A stretch of 49,085 bases of DNA from Myxococcota bacterium (GTDB lineage: Bacteria; Myxococcota_A; UBA796; SXON01), in the NCBI GenBank assembly GCA_040386535.1, contig JAZKFH010000053.1, positions 71,513 through 120,597 of the forward strand, in the 5' to 3' direction. This document shows, piece after piece, positions 39,013-49,085 of this stretch (the first letter of the stretch is position 1; each line of letters opens with the position of its first letter). The position numbers were made by a program, and so were the translations under genes. Under the pieces are notes generated by a model. It saw only the letters and a program-made list of their open reading frames with translations, made no database searches and was not told the origin of the DNA.

Positions 39013-39887
39013 CAGAAGTTGAACGTCGTCGACAATCCCACGGTCCCCGGCAGGCTCCACCGCGACAAGCGCGCGTTGCCGAGCGTCAGCTCCTCCGTGA
39101 CCACGAGGTGCGCGCCCACCTCGAGCCCCACCGCAAGCGAAGGCGTCACGAACACCCGCGCGCCGCCGCCGAGGTAGGGCGCCGCCTCGAACCAGCTTTG
39201 CGCGCGGCTCGAGGTCTGCGTCTGCACGAGCAATCCGACGCGGCTGTAGGGCTGGACCCGCGGCGCGACGAACCCCGCGACCTCCAGGTACGGCGTGCCG
39301 GCGAACAGGACCGTGGCGCCGCCGGAGCCGAACCCTCCGTTGACCGAGAGGTGCGCCATCCCGACGCCGACGTGGTCCCCGAGGCGCCCCCCCACCTCCA
39401 CGCCCCACAGGTAGAACGCCGTGGTCCGGTCCTCCACCGTGGCCGCCCCCGCGACCACGCCCGCGCCCAGGTGGAACTTCCGATCCGCCGGGGCCCGCGG
39501 AACGCGCAGCGCCTCGGCCTCGGCCGGCGCGGCCTCCACCACGTCCACGGGCGGCACCGCCCCCACCTGGTCCCGCGCAAGGTTCGACACCAGCAGCACC
39601 ACAATCCGCGTCGACTCCCCCCGCTCGCCAGGCAGCTGCACGACGCGCTCACGGCGCGTCCCGTCGTCCCGCTCGTACACGATGGCGACCGCGTCCGGCC
39701 CGTCCGCACGCACGCTCACCCGCGCCGGGGCCTCTCCTTCCAGGATCACGTGGACATCGAGCTCCTCGCCGAGCGCACCCACAACGGTGGCCACGTCGAG
39801 GCGGGCCGCGGCGGCCTCGTCGACCTCCACGCGGAGCGCGGGTTCGGCGGCGGCGGCGAGCGACACGAGGAGGAGGAGCACGTTCAT
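39012..39887 (-). CDS. Exported protein with C-terminal outer-membrane beta-barrel
   Basis: MNVLLLLVSLAAA signal; PY.RVG, LGGGARVF, terminal TTFNF; TGATG-coupled to the sigma gene. Confidence 0.72.
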   Translation of the reverse strand: MNVLLLLVSLAAAAEPALRVEVDEAAAARLDVATVVGALGEELDVHVILEGEAPARVSVRADGPDAVAIVYERDDGTRRERVVQLPGERGESTRIVVLLVSNLARDQVGAVPPVDVVEAAPAEAEALRVPRAPADRKFHLGAGVVAGAATVEDRTTAFYLWGVEVGGRLGDHVGVGMAHLSVNGGFGSGGATVLFAGTPYLEVAGFVAPRVQPYSRVGLLVQTQTSSRAQSWFEAAPYLGGGARVFVTPSLAVGLEVGAHLVVTEELTLGNARLSRWSLPGTVGLSTTFNF

Positions 39888-39971
39888 GCCGGTGGGTACC
39901 CGAAGCGGCGGCGAGTGTTCCGGGTGTAGCGCGAATTGGTGTCGAGAACCTCGGGCGCCCCGGCGGGCCGG

Positions 39972-40091
39972 GCCCGCCGTCGCCCCCCTCCAGGGTCGGC
40001 CTTCGGCCTCCGTCCGCCCGCGCTCCGGAGGCCGAAGCGCGGGCGGGACCGGCCGCGCGGCGCGGCCGCCTTCCGGGCGGCTGGCGCGGGG
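39972..40091. repeat. Structured repeat family A, divergent copy 3
   Basis: Shares CGCCGTCG..CTCCAGG..TTCG..GTCC-[stem]-GGGACCGGCCGCGC..CGCGGCCGCCTT. Confidence 0.65.
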
Positions 40092-40230
40092 CCTCCGCTT
40101 GGCTCGCGGGCTCACCTCCGCCGCCGACCGCGCCCCCTGACCGCGTGGCGGCCAACATCCGCGATCATCCGAAATGATGTGCCCTCCGTGACCGCGTGGC
40201 GGCTGATGTTGGGCCATCAATCCAACTCAA

Positions 40231-40626
40231 TCACCGTTTAGGATCTGGCGGCCTGAGCGCCTTGGCACTGACCTCCATCGCCGCGCCGCACTGCGCGGCG
40301 GAGAGCGGTGCCTGTTCCCCACGAAGGGTGTGGTCGATGAATTCGCGCGGAAGGCCGATCCGATACCGCAGCACGTAGTGCCACAGGTCCTGCCGCCACA
40401 CCCACACCCCGTCGGATTGGAGGCCGGACCCTCCGGCGATCTGCACGGAAGAATCGAAGGGGTCGACCACGATCTCCATCGCGTCCGAGGCAATCTCTCC
40501 CGATCGGAGGTAGGCCACCACCCGCTCGACGTGCTCGTCGCCGAGCTCGCCGCGGAGCGCGGAGAGGCTCGGGAGGGCTGCGGTGGCCCGCGGCTCGAGG
40601 TCTCGAAGAAGTCCCACCATTCGCAT
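40231..40626 (-). CDS. Small hypothetical protein
   Basis: VVAYLRSG....AM...DP, SDGVWVW..DL.HYV.RY...LP.EF..H pattern. Confidence 0.7.
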   Translation of the reverse strand: MRMVGLLRDLEPRATAALPSLSALRGELGDEHVERVVAYLRSGEIASDAMEIVVDPFDSSVQIAGGSGLQSDGVWVWRQDLWHYVLRYRIGLPREFIDHTLRGEQAPLSAAQCGAAMEVSAKALRPPDPKR

Positions 40627-40723
40627 CCGAAGCTCCCCCGGCGGTCGCCGTGTCTGAAAACGTGCAGGCTGAACGCCCGAAATGCCTCGAAACCCGCCCT
40701 CCAAACGGGCGGCGAGGCGTCAA

Positions 40724-41620
40724 CTACCCAAGGCACGTCCGTAGCAGGCTCCATTGTTCCCAGGCCAACTCGGGGTCCAGGTCGGCGTACCCACGGGTCC
40801 GTTCGAGCGCGCGCGCATCCCGAGGCTCGACAGCGACGCAGGGCGCCTGGTCACGGAGGGTTTCGACTTCTTCGCGATTCAGCCGCCGGCCCGCGCGCCC
40901 CTCGGCAGCGCGCAGCTGGGCCACCAGGCTCGGCATGAAGTGGTGCGCGAGTCGCGCCGCCCTCGACGAGGAGTGCTCGAGCAATCTCCAGACACCGAAC
41001 GGATTCCAACACGGATGGTCCGCCGAAACGCGGGCATCGGGCCAGCGCTCCAGGGTGCGTCGTCGGCTGTCGGCCGTGGGGCAAAAGGTGTGGCCCGGCA
41101 GGAGGAGCGGATCTTCGTCGAGTTGGTACCGGCAGAGGGCACTCACGAGCGAGGCTGCGTCCGTCCCAACGGCCGCCGCGTCGGGAAGTCCGAACAAGTG
41201 CATTCCGCGTGACGAGACCCCCTCCTGCCCCTGGAGCAGAACCACGAGAGCGCCAAAGAGCTCCGCGGCCGCGATGAGCTCTACCCAGTCGGCGGCTGGC
41301 CACGCCGCCTGGGACTGTTCCATCCGGATCGCGAGCGCCCCCGCTCGCAGGAGGGCCGATCCCAGCGTCGCAAGCGGAACGTGATCGGCGAGTGGGTCGG
41401 CGCGTCCCTCGACGACCAGGGCGCCGGGGCATTGCGCGATCGGCGGAAGTTGGTCCCCGGGAAACGCCCCGAGTCCGAACGCATCGGCGATCCCTCCATC
41501 GTTCGGGATCCACTCCACGGACCAGCCGGGGAGCACGGGCATCGCTGCCGGACCCGACCAGGGGCCGGGAACCAGCAGCGTGATCGGGTAGCCGGGCGCG
41601 CGGGCGTCGTGGGTGCTCAT
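40724..41620 (-). CDS. DUF4261-like protein with extra C-terminal domain
   Basis: SRGMH.FGLPD, GHTF, NPFGVWRL; tail L.REEV..LRD.A....RGY.DLDPE..W..W. Confidence 0.7.
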   Translation of the reverse strand: MSTHDARAPGYPITLLVPGPWSGPAAMPVLPGWSVEWIPNDGGIADAFGLGAFPGDQLPPIAQCPGALVVEGRADPLADHVPLATLGSALLRAGALAIRMEQSQAAWPAADWVELIAAAELFGALVVLLQGQEGVSSRGMHLFGLPDAAAVGTDAASLVSALCRYQLDEDPLLLPGHTFCPTADSRRRTLERWPDARVSADHPCWNPFGVWRLLEHSSSRAARLAHHFMPSLVAQLRAAEGRAGRRLNREEVETLRDQAPCVAVEPRDARALERTRGYADLDPELAWEQWSLLRTCLG

Positions 41621-41761
41621 CACTTCGCAGTAGCCTGCTGCGCGTCCTGGCGACGATGGGTCCGAGCGGCGAAACCAGCGCCGGGCTCGTGCGGCGGCGA
41701 CCAGCAACTCGCGCGCCCGTGTCGCAGGAGCAACCGTGGTATCCTGCCGCTCGAGGTCCAG

Positions 41762-42952
<1,191 letters not shown>

Positions 42953-43095
42953 GGTGTTCCTCGGGCTCTTCCTCCTCTACGAGGTCCCGGGTGACACGGG
43001 GCACCCCTTCTCCAAAGGACAAACACTCGCGTTGAGCAGGCGGCAGCCGCTTCCCGCTCGGCGGACCGACGCGATACCTGCGTTCGAGGCTTCGC

Positions 43096-44115
43096 ATGCT
43101 CTTCATCCTCCCCTCCCTCGCATTCGCGCTCGCCCCCGTCGGCGAGATCGTGCTCGCGCCCAACGCCCAACTCGACACCTGGGAGTGGTGCCCGGCGCGC
43201 GGGCTCGTCGCGGTGAAGTTCCAGGACCAGCGCCCCGCGGCGGTGTACCAGCTCGATCTGGCCACGCGCAGCGCGACGCTCCTGGGGAGCCTCGACGCGA
43301 GGTCACACGAGTTCGCATTCTCGCCGGACTGTTCGTGGCTCGTGACCGGCCAGCTGGTGAACGGGGTGAACGACGCCACGTTGTGGCGGCTGGACGGCGC
43401 GCCGAAGAACGTCGCGCCGAGGAAGGTCGCGGGCTTCGGCAAGACCGAGCTCCCGAGCGGCGCGATGGTGGTGTCTTCCGACGGTCGGTCGCTGCTCGTC
43501 GGCGACAACGGCGGGGACGTGGTGATGTACGCGATGGGGACGCCGCCGGTGCGGCGCGGCGCGGTTGCGGGAACCTCGATGGTCATGACCGTGGCGTTCT
43601 CGCCCGGAGGCGTCCTTGCCGGGTACTACGATGGCTCGGTGCGCAGCTTCGTGGTCGGCCCCGACGGCGCGCTCGGCGCGGGTGTGGCCCTGTTCGACGC
43701 CGATCCGGCCTCGCGGAAGGAGGGGTCCCTCGACCTGGGCACCGGCCGGACGGTCCTCCCGGGCGGGAGCCGTGTCTGGGCGCTGTTGCCGCACGCCGGG
43801 GGCGCGCTCGTGCTCTCGGAGCGCCGCTGGATTGTGCTGATCGACGGGACGTCCGTCCCCCGCGTGCTCGCGTCGGGGCTCGTCGAGGCAACCAAGATGG
43901 CACGGAGCCCGAACGGCACACGGCTCGCGGTGGTGGGCGGTCCGGGCGTGGTGTGGTCGCTGGGGCGAGACGAGCTGACCAACCGCATTCCGCTCGACGG
44001 GCTCGACACCGTCGGGGGCTACATCGCCGCGAGCGACCTCGCGTTCGTGGACGAGCAGACACTGCTCGTCGGCGCCTACAACTCCGCCGCGCTCCGGGTG
44101 TATACGCTGCCGTAG
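43096..44115 (+). CDS. Secreted WD40-like beta-propeller protein
   Basis: Signal peptide; AFSPD, SSDGR.L, VAFSPGG, RSPNG..LAV repeats. Confidence 0.78.
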   Translation: MLFILPSLAFALAPVGEIVLAPNAQLDTWEWCPARGLVAVKFQDQRPAAVYQLDLATRSATLLGSLDARSHEFAFSPDCSWLVTGQLVNGVNDATLWRLDGAPKNVAPRKVAGFGKTELPSGAMVVSSDGRSLLVGDNGGDVVMYAMGTPPVRRGAVAGTSMVMTVAFSPGGVLAGYYDGSVRSFVVGPDGALGAGVALFDADPASRKEGSLDLGTGRTVLPGGSRVWALLPHAGGALVLSERRWIVLIDGTSVPRVLASGLVEATKMARSPNGTRLAVVGGPGVVWSLGRDELTNRIPLDGLDTVGGYIAASDLAFVDEQTLLVGAYNSAALRVYTLP

Positions 44116-44133
44116 AGGCCGGGCCCGCGTTGA

Positions 44134-45492
44134 CTACCAACCGTGCCAGAGCACCCGCGCCGCCACCGCCGGATGCATCAGCGCGGTCGGCTCCGCGAGC
44201 ATGTGGACCACCCGGTAGAGCACGGCAGTGAGGGCGGGATCCCGCTGAGTCGCCCGCATCAAGCGTGCCATGTACGCGTTGACCAGCGCCGTGCCGAAGG
44301 GGCGCTCCCCCGCGACCTCGGGGTGGCGGAGGTCCTCACCCGTCGCCATCATCCACGCGCCGTCCGCGGTGGACGCGATCGCGCGTTGCGTCGGCGCCGA
44401 GAACCCGAGCAGGCCCCGGCCCGACGCGGCCGCGCTGCTCAGCGCGCGGTCGAGCGCCTCGACGCCCAGCGCCGCCGCGGTCATGCCCTGGCCGTAGATG
44501 GGGTTGAAGCTGCAGTGCGCGTCCCCGACGACCACGAAGCCGTCGGGGAGGTCGGGCATGCGCTCGTAGTGCCGGCGCAGGTGCGCGGGGAAGCGGTACG
44601 TCGCGGCCGAGGTGAGGGGCTCGGCCGCGGCCAGCGCGTCGGCGAGCTCCGGGTTGGGGAGGGAGCGCGCGAACGCCATCCAGCCCTCGTCGTCCGCGGG
44701 CGGGTGATCGCCGAGGAGGCCCACCAGGAGCGCGATCCAGCGGCCGCCTTCGACCGGCGCGACGATGCCGAGCCGCCGGCTGCCTGGAGCCTCGCCGACG
44801 ACGAACAGCACCTTCCACGGCACCGTGCCGTCGGGCGGGCGGCGGAAGAAGCGGGTGGCGTACCCGACATCCACCTTCACGCTCGACTCGGGCGGCCGCG
44901 CGCACCCGATTGCTTCGAGCCAACGCGGGCCCTGCGAGCCGCGCCCGGTCGCGTCGACGACCAACGCAGCGCTGACGGCCTCCTCGGCGCCGTCCGTGCG
45001 CTCGCGCACCCGTACGCCCGCCACCCGCCGCCCCTCCGCGACGAGCCCGAGCACCTCGGTGCGCTCCACGATCCGCACGTTTGGGAGCGCCGCCACGCGC
45101 ACCCGCACCTCGGCCTCGATCTCCGGCCGTGTCAGGCACGTGAGCTCGAGCCCGCTGGGCCGGCCGCTCTTCCAACCACCAAAATGGAACCAACGAAAGT
45201 CGGGACCGAGCTCCACGCCGACGGCCCCACGCCGCCGGAGCCCCTCGGAGAGACCTGGGAACCAACCCTCCGCAATGCGCTCGCCACGCAACGCGAAGGA
45301 GTGGAAGTGCGCCCCTTGCGGCACCCCCTTGCGCCCGCTCGCATCGGCCGGGAGCACGTCCCGGTCGAAGAGGGTGACCCGCTCGAAGTGGTCGGAGAGC
45401 ACACGCGCCGCGAAGAGCCCGGCGATGCTCCCGCCGAGCACCACGGCATGGTCACCAAGCCGCGTTCCGTGGCCGATGCCTGATCGTGACAT
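44134..45492 (-). CDS. FAD-dependent monooxygenase (epoxidase/hydroxylase-like)
   Basis: VVLGGSIAGL.AA, R.GVPQG.H.H, VDATGRGS, GDA.CSFNP.YGQGM. Confidence 0.9.
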   Translation of the reverse strand: MSRSGIGHGTRLGDHAVVLGGSIAGLFAARVLSDHFERVTLFDRDVLPADASGRKGVPQGAHFHSFALRGERIAEGWFPGLSEGLRRRGAVGVELGPDFRWFHFGGWKSGRPSGLELTCLTRPEIEAEVRVRVAALPNVRIVERTEVLGLVAEGRRVAGVRVRERTDGAEEAVSAALVVDATGRGSQGPRWLEAIGCARPPESSVKVDVGYATRFFRRPPDGTVPWKVLFVVGEAPGSRRLGIVAPVEGGRWIALLVGLLGDHPPADDEGWMAFARSLPNPELADALAAAEPLTSAATYRFPAHLRRHYERMPDLPDGFVVVGDAHCSFNPIYGQGMTAAALGVEALDRALSSAAASGRGLLGFSAPTQRAIASTADGAWMMATGEDLRHPEVAGERPFGTALVNAYMARLMRATQRDPALTAVLYRVVHMLAEPTALMHPAVAARVLWHGW

Positions 45493-45505
45493 GCCACCGC
45501 CTTAA

Positions 45506-46108
45506 CATGCCCAGCACCGGCGAGCACAATCACCCCGTGCTCCGGACGCGCCGGGATACGACTGGGACGGAGCCATCGATCGCTTCGATCGGGATGGAGA
45601 CCTGCAGTTGACCGAGAGCGACCTTCGCGCCGGTGAAGCGGCGGCGGTCGCTCGCGTCTCCGGTGTCTACGTCGACGATCCCCAAGCCAACCCCGAGCGA
45701 GCGGGCTTCGCGACCCACGGTGATTGGAACGCCACCATCCGGGCCGATGACGAGGGGATCCTCGCGCTGGAGATGCGCCTGAACTGCTTTCCGACCGTGG
45801 TCACCACGGCGTCGTTCCGCCTGCCCGCGGAGTGGACAGGCGAGCGATCCCCAGTCGAGCTCCTGAACTTCGACTTTCATGCGGTCGACGCGCACGTTCG
45901 AAATGAGCCGGGAACCGAAACGATCGAAGGCACTCTCCACGTGGCGGCCTCGGAAGGCGGCATGTCCGGGTCGTTCGAGGGTGTGGTCGAGGCCCCTCTC
46001 GTCACCTGGGACATACCGGACGGGCTCAACTACGAGGTGAGCCCGGTGACGGGCCAGGTCGGAGAGATCCACGGCTTCGCGTTCCGCGACCTGGAGCTGG
46101 CGCCATGA
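45506..46108 (+). pseudogene. 5'-truncated paralog of the downstream lipoprotein
   Basis: Open frame from the TAA at 45503 reads ..AIDRFDRDGDLQLTESDL.. and ends TGQ...GFAFR, matching 46138..46770; no start or lipobox upstream of the homologous part. Confidence 0.55.
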
Positions 46109-46137
46109 GCCCGCTCGAGTGGCGCCGCACGCGCGCC

Positions 46138-46770
46138 ATGCCCGTCGTCCTCCTGTTCGGCTGCGGGCAAGTCATCCCTCCCGAGCGGCCCTTCGACATG
46201 GCGATCGATTGCCGCCCCGAGACGGCTCCGGTGCTCGCGACCATTGATGAGGCCATCGCCGTGCTCGACGCCGACGGCGACGGAGCGCTCACGGATGCGG
46301 ACCTGGGGCCCGGGGAGGCAACGATGATCCTGGCCCTGACCGGCGCCCACATCGCAACGGGCGAGGTGTCCGATCCCGGGTTCACGATCCACACGGACTG
46401 GGATGCCTCCATCTTCGCCTACCGAGTGGGCAGTTGGGGAATCGAGGTCGTGTGCAATTGTCTGCCGATGTTGAACGTGTTCGTCAACATCGGGGACGGC
46501 ACCCTCCCCGGAGAGGTGCTCACGGAAGGCGAATTCGCGGGACGCGGCATCGGGCTCAGCGTCGTCGAGCTGGAGATGCATGCCACGGACACCACGATGG
46601 ATGGCACCGTCCACGTGACGGACGTGGAGGGAGACCGGGCGTCGGGCTTCCTGACCGGCTCGGGCAGCTCGGCGGTCCAGCGGTGGATCCCGGACGATGC
46701 GCTCACCGGACAACGGCTCTCGGTCGAGGCCTTCGCCTTCCGGGAGATCCTGAACGAGGAAGCCGATTGA
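46138..46770 (+). CDS. Hypothetical lipoprotein with EF-hand-like DADGDG loop
   Basis: MPVVLLFGC; AIAVLDADGDGALTDADL; ends TGQ...AFAFRE; alternative start 46105. Confidence 0.7.
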   Translation: MPVVLLFGCGQVIPPERPFDMAIDCRPETAPVLATIDEAIAVLDADGDGALTDADLGPGEATMILALTGAHIATGEVSDPGFTIHTDWDASIFAYRVGSWGIEVVCNCLPMLNVFVNIGDGTLPGEVLTEGEFAGRGIGLSVVELEMHATDTTMDGTVHVTDVEGDRASGFLTGSGSSAVQRWIPDDALTGQRLSVEAFAFREILNEEAD

Positions 46771-46791
46771 GGCCGGCCCACCCGCCCAACG

Positions 46792-47409
46792 TCACACCTT
46801 CTCCTCCACCCGCGCCTCCTCCTCGGCGATCGCCGCCTTCACCGCCGGCCGCTCCGCGATCCGCGCCCGCCACTCGCGCAGGTGTGGCCAGTGTCGTGTG
46901 TCGAGGCCGAAGCCGTCGGCCCAGCCGGTGATGACGAACAGGTAGATGTCGGCCGCGCCGTATTGGTCGCCCACGAGCCACGGGCGCCGTTCCAATTCGG
47001 ACTCCACCCAATCGAGGCGCTGGATGATCTTCGCGCGCTGGGCTTCTTTCTGCTCCTCGGGCAACGAACCGAACAACGCCCCGAACGGCTTGTGTACCTC
47101 GCAACTGATGAAGTTGAGCCAGGACTGGAGCTCGTAGCGCTCCCGCGAGCCTGCAGGGGGCACGAGCCCGCGCTCGGGCACCTGGTCCCCGAGGTATTGG
47201 GAGATGGCGGGCCCCTCCGTGAGCCGCGAGCCGTCGTCGAGTTCCAGCGTCGGGACGTAACCCTTTGGGTTGATCGTGGCGTAGTCCTGGCCGGTCTCGG
47301 TGCGCTTGGAGCGCAGATCCACCCGCTCGAGCTCGAAGGGGAGGCCCAGCTCGTGCAAGAGGATGTGGGGGGACAACGCACAGGTGTGTGGGGCGTAGTA
47401 GAGCTTCAT
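46792..47409 (-). CDS. gstA: Glutathione S-transferase (beta class, GstA-like)
   Basis: MKLYY.P..C.LSPHI.L.E, INPKGYVP.L, LTEG.AI.QYL.D, ADIYLF. Confidence 0.93.
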   Translation of the reverse strand: MKLYYAPHTCALSPHILLHELGLPFELERVDLRSKRTETGQDYATINPKGYVPTLELDDGSRLTEGPAISQYLGDQVPERGLVPPAGSRERYELQSWLNFISCEVHKPFGALFGSLPEEQKEAQRAKIIQRLDWVESELERRPWLVGDQYGAADIYLFVITGWADGFGLDTRHWPHLREWRARIAERPAVKAAIAEEEARVEEKV

Positions 47410-47439
47410 CTGGTTCCTCTCATCTGTTTTCTCGGAGAG

Positions 47440-48345
47440 TCATGCGGGTTCGAGCAAGGTGAGCACATCGCTCCGGAACGGCAGCGCGGCCTGCGCCCCC
47501 ACGACCGTGGTCGCCAGCGCGGCCGCGGCGTTCGCGAAGGTGACAGCGGCCCCGATTGGCCTTCCCGCGGCCAACTCAGCGGCGAGGGCGCCCGCAAACC
47601 CGTCGCCGGCGCCTGTCGCGTCCACGCTTGCCACGGCGATCTGCGGGAGCCACGTCTCGCCCGCCGCTTCGAGCAGCAGGTCGCCGCCGGGCGCGCCCAC
47701 GATCGCCGCGCCCGCGCCGCGGTGTAACAAAACCTGGGCCGCCGCCGCCGCGCTCGCCCGGTCGTGGACCGGAACGCCGGTGAGCACGTGCGCCTCCGAC
47801 GCGTTGGCGCGGAGCACGTCGACCTCGGCCACCAGCGCCTCCGGCAGCCGCATCGGCGGCGACGCATCGAGCACCACGAGCATGCCTGTCGCCCGCGCGC
47901 GCCGAACCGCGGCGAACACGGTGTCGAGGGGCACCTCGAGCTGAACGAGCAGCACCCGCGCGGCGCCGAGCGCGCCCGCGGCGTCGGGGATGGCGAGCGT
48001 GTAGTTGGCGCCCGGCGCCGTGAGGATCTGCTTGGTGCCGTCTTCGGCGACGCCCACCAGGGCCACGCCGGTGTCGGCGTCGGGGTCCACTTCCACCGCG
48101 GCCACGTCGATCCCTTCGGCCACGAGCGCCGCGATTAGCGCCCGGCCCCGCTCGTCGGCCCCCACCCGCCCGATCATCCGCACGCTTGCGTCGAGCCGCG
48201 CGGCGGCCACCGCCTGGTTCGCGCCCTTTCCGCCGGGCCCCGCCGTGGACGCCCACCCGCGTACGGTCTCGCCCGGGCGCGGCAGCCGTGGCCCCCGCAC
48301 GAGGTAGTCGGTGTTGAGCCCGCCGAGGACGACCACGTCGGTCAC
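47440..48345 (-). CDS. rbsK: Ribokinase (PfkB family)
   Basis: G.LN.D, P.PGET, GGKGANQAVAAARL, QLEVP, VDATGAGD.F; GTG start with GGAGG SD. Confidence 0.9.
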   Translation of the reverse strand: MTDVVVLGGLNTDYLVRGPRLPRPGETVRGWASTAGPGGKGANQAVAAARLDASVRMIGRVGADERGRALIAALVAEGIDVAAVEVDPDADTGVALVGVAEDGTKQILTAPGANYTLAIPDAAGALGAARVLLVQLEVPLDTVFAAVRRARATGMLVVLDASPPMRLPEALVAEVDVLRANASEAHVLTGVPVHDRASAAAAAQVLLHRGAGAAIVGAPGGDLLLEAAGETWLPQIAVASVDATGAGDGFAGALAAELAAGRPIGAAVTFANAAAALATTVVGAQAALPFRSDVLTLLEPA

Positions 48346-48828
48346 GTCGCCCTCCGTAGGGCAAACCGCGAAGTCGAGCGTGTCGTAGCCGAGCGTGGCG
48401 TCATGCAGCCCCCTCGTGCCTCCGTAGGGACGACATCCGCGCCCGTCCCAACCGAAGCCGGATTGGGACGTTTCCTTTCGGATGCCACGTGGAGGCGGTC
48501 GGCGGGCGCTCGGGCGTGGTGCATCTGGCCGGCCTTGGGCATGGAGTTGGAGGGGCGCCCCGCGCGGACGCGGGCACGTCGGCTCCGGGCCGCACGATCC
48601 TCCCCCGACCCCCGGTCGGAGGAGGCTTTCGCGCGCCTTCGGCAGCGCGGCGGAGCCGCTCGGTCGGCCGGGCGATTCATCGCCGTGATTGGAGCGGGGC
48701 GCGCCGCCCGGCCGGACCAGCCGCCAGAGGCGGCTGCCCTCGGCGCCCTTGGCGCAACCAGACGGGCAACCCCCCCCCATCGGCCTACGTCGGCAAGGAG
48801 CTCCTCGAAACCGGCCAAGAGTACCACC

Positions 48829-49028
48829 GGGTGTGATCCACTTCAGTCGGCCGGCCAGCGCCAAGCCCGCCCCGCGGACCGCAGTCGAGAGATGCTCGGT
48901 CATCGGCCGACTGCGGTCCTCCCAGGCGGACCGCAGTCGAGAGATGCTCGGTCATCGGCCGACTGCGGTCCCTCCCCGTGAACCAAACTCGACGCTCGGG
49001 CCAGGACCGACTGAAACCGATCACACCC
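48829..49028. mobile_element. MITE family B, complete 200-bp copy with two internal hairpin units
   Basis: TIR GGGTGTGATCcacTTCAGTCGG / CCGACTGAAaccGATCACACCC; flanks AGTACCACC (48820-28) and AGTGCCACC (49029-37); units at 48876 and 48928. Confidence 0.85.
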
Positions 49029-49085
49029 AGTGCCACCCCCTGCCGGCCTCATCACTAGTCACATCTTGACAGGTCACTGCTCCCG

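Noticed and set aside
48760..48815. NPPY methyltransferase motif
   Set aside because: Reads GNPPPSAY rather than NPPY, and no motif I is nearby.

Overview
This is a very GC-rich bacterial chromosomal window. It is probably from a Myxococcota-like organism, inferred from a MYXO-CTERM-like tail, (DT)n-linker lipoproteins, an ECF sigma/TPR anti-sigma/OMP operon and a Uma2 nuclease. It contains about 50 plausible genes. These include uvrB, a Tad/Flp pilus operon (three pilins, cpaA, cpaB, cpaC, a CpaE-CpaF fusion, tadB, no adjacent tadC) and a WYL/YafY-GST divergon with a clear palindromic operator. There is also a compact putative biosynthetic cluster (DMATS-type prenyltransferase, BBE-like flavoprotein, heme-oxygenase-like diiron protein, LuxR), an orphan sigma28 + PilZ pair, a MASE1-PAS-PAS kinase, ribokinase and GST. 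The non-coding signals are the most unusual part: (i) a tRNA-like cloverleaf with a 6-nt anticodon loop and a greatly extended acceptor stem behind its own extended -10 (35670-35768); (ii) a MITE family with TIRs, a near-perfect 9-bp target duplication and a variable number of internal 52-bp hairpin units; (iii) a three-copy structured repeat with compensatory changes, two copies of which bracket an 8.7-kb accessory block; (iv) signs of widespread leaderless genes. All family calls come from motif recognition by eye; no database searches were run.
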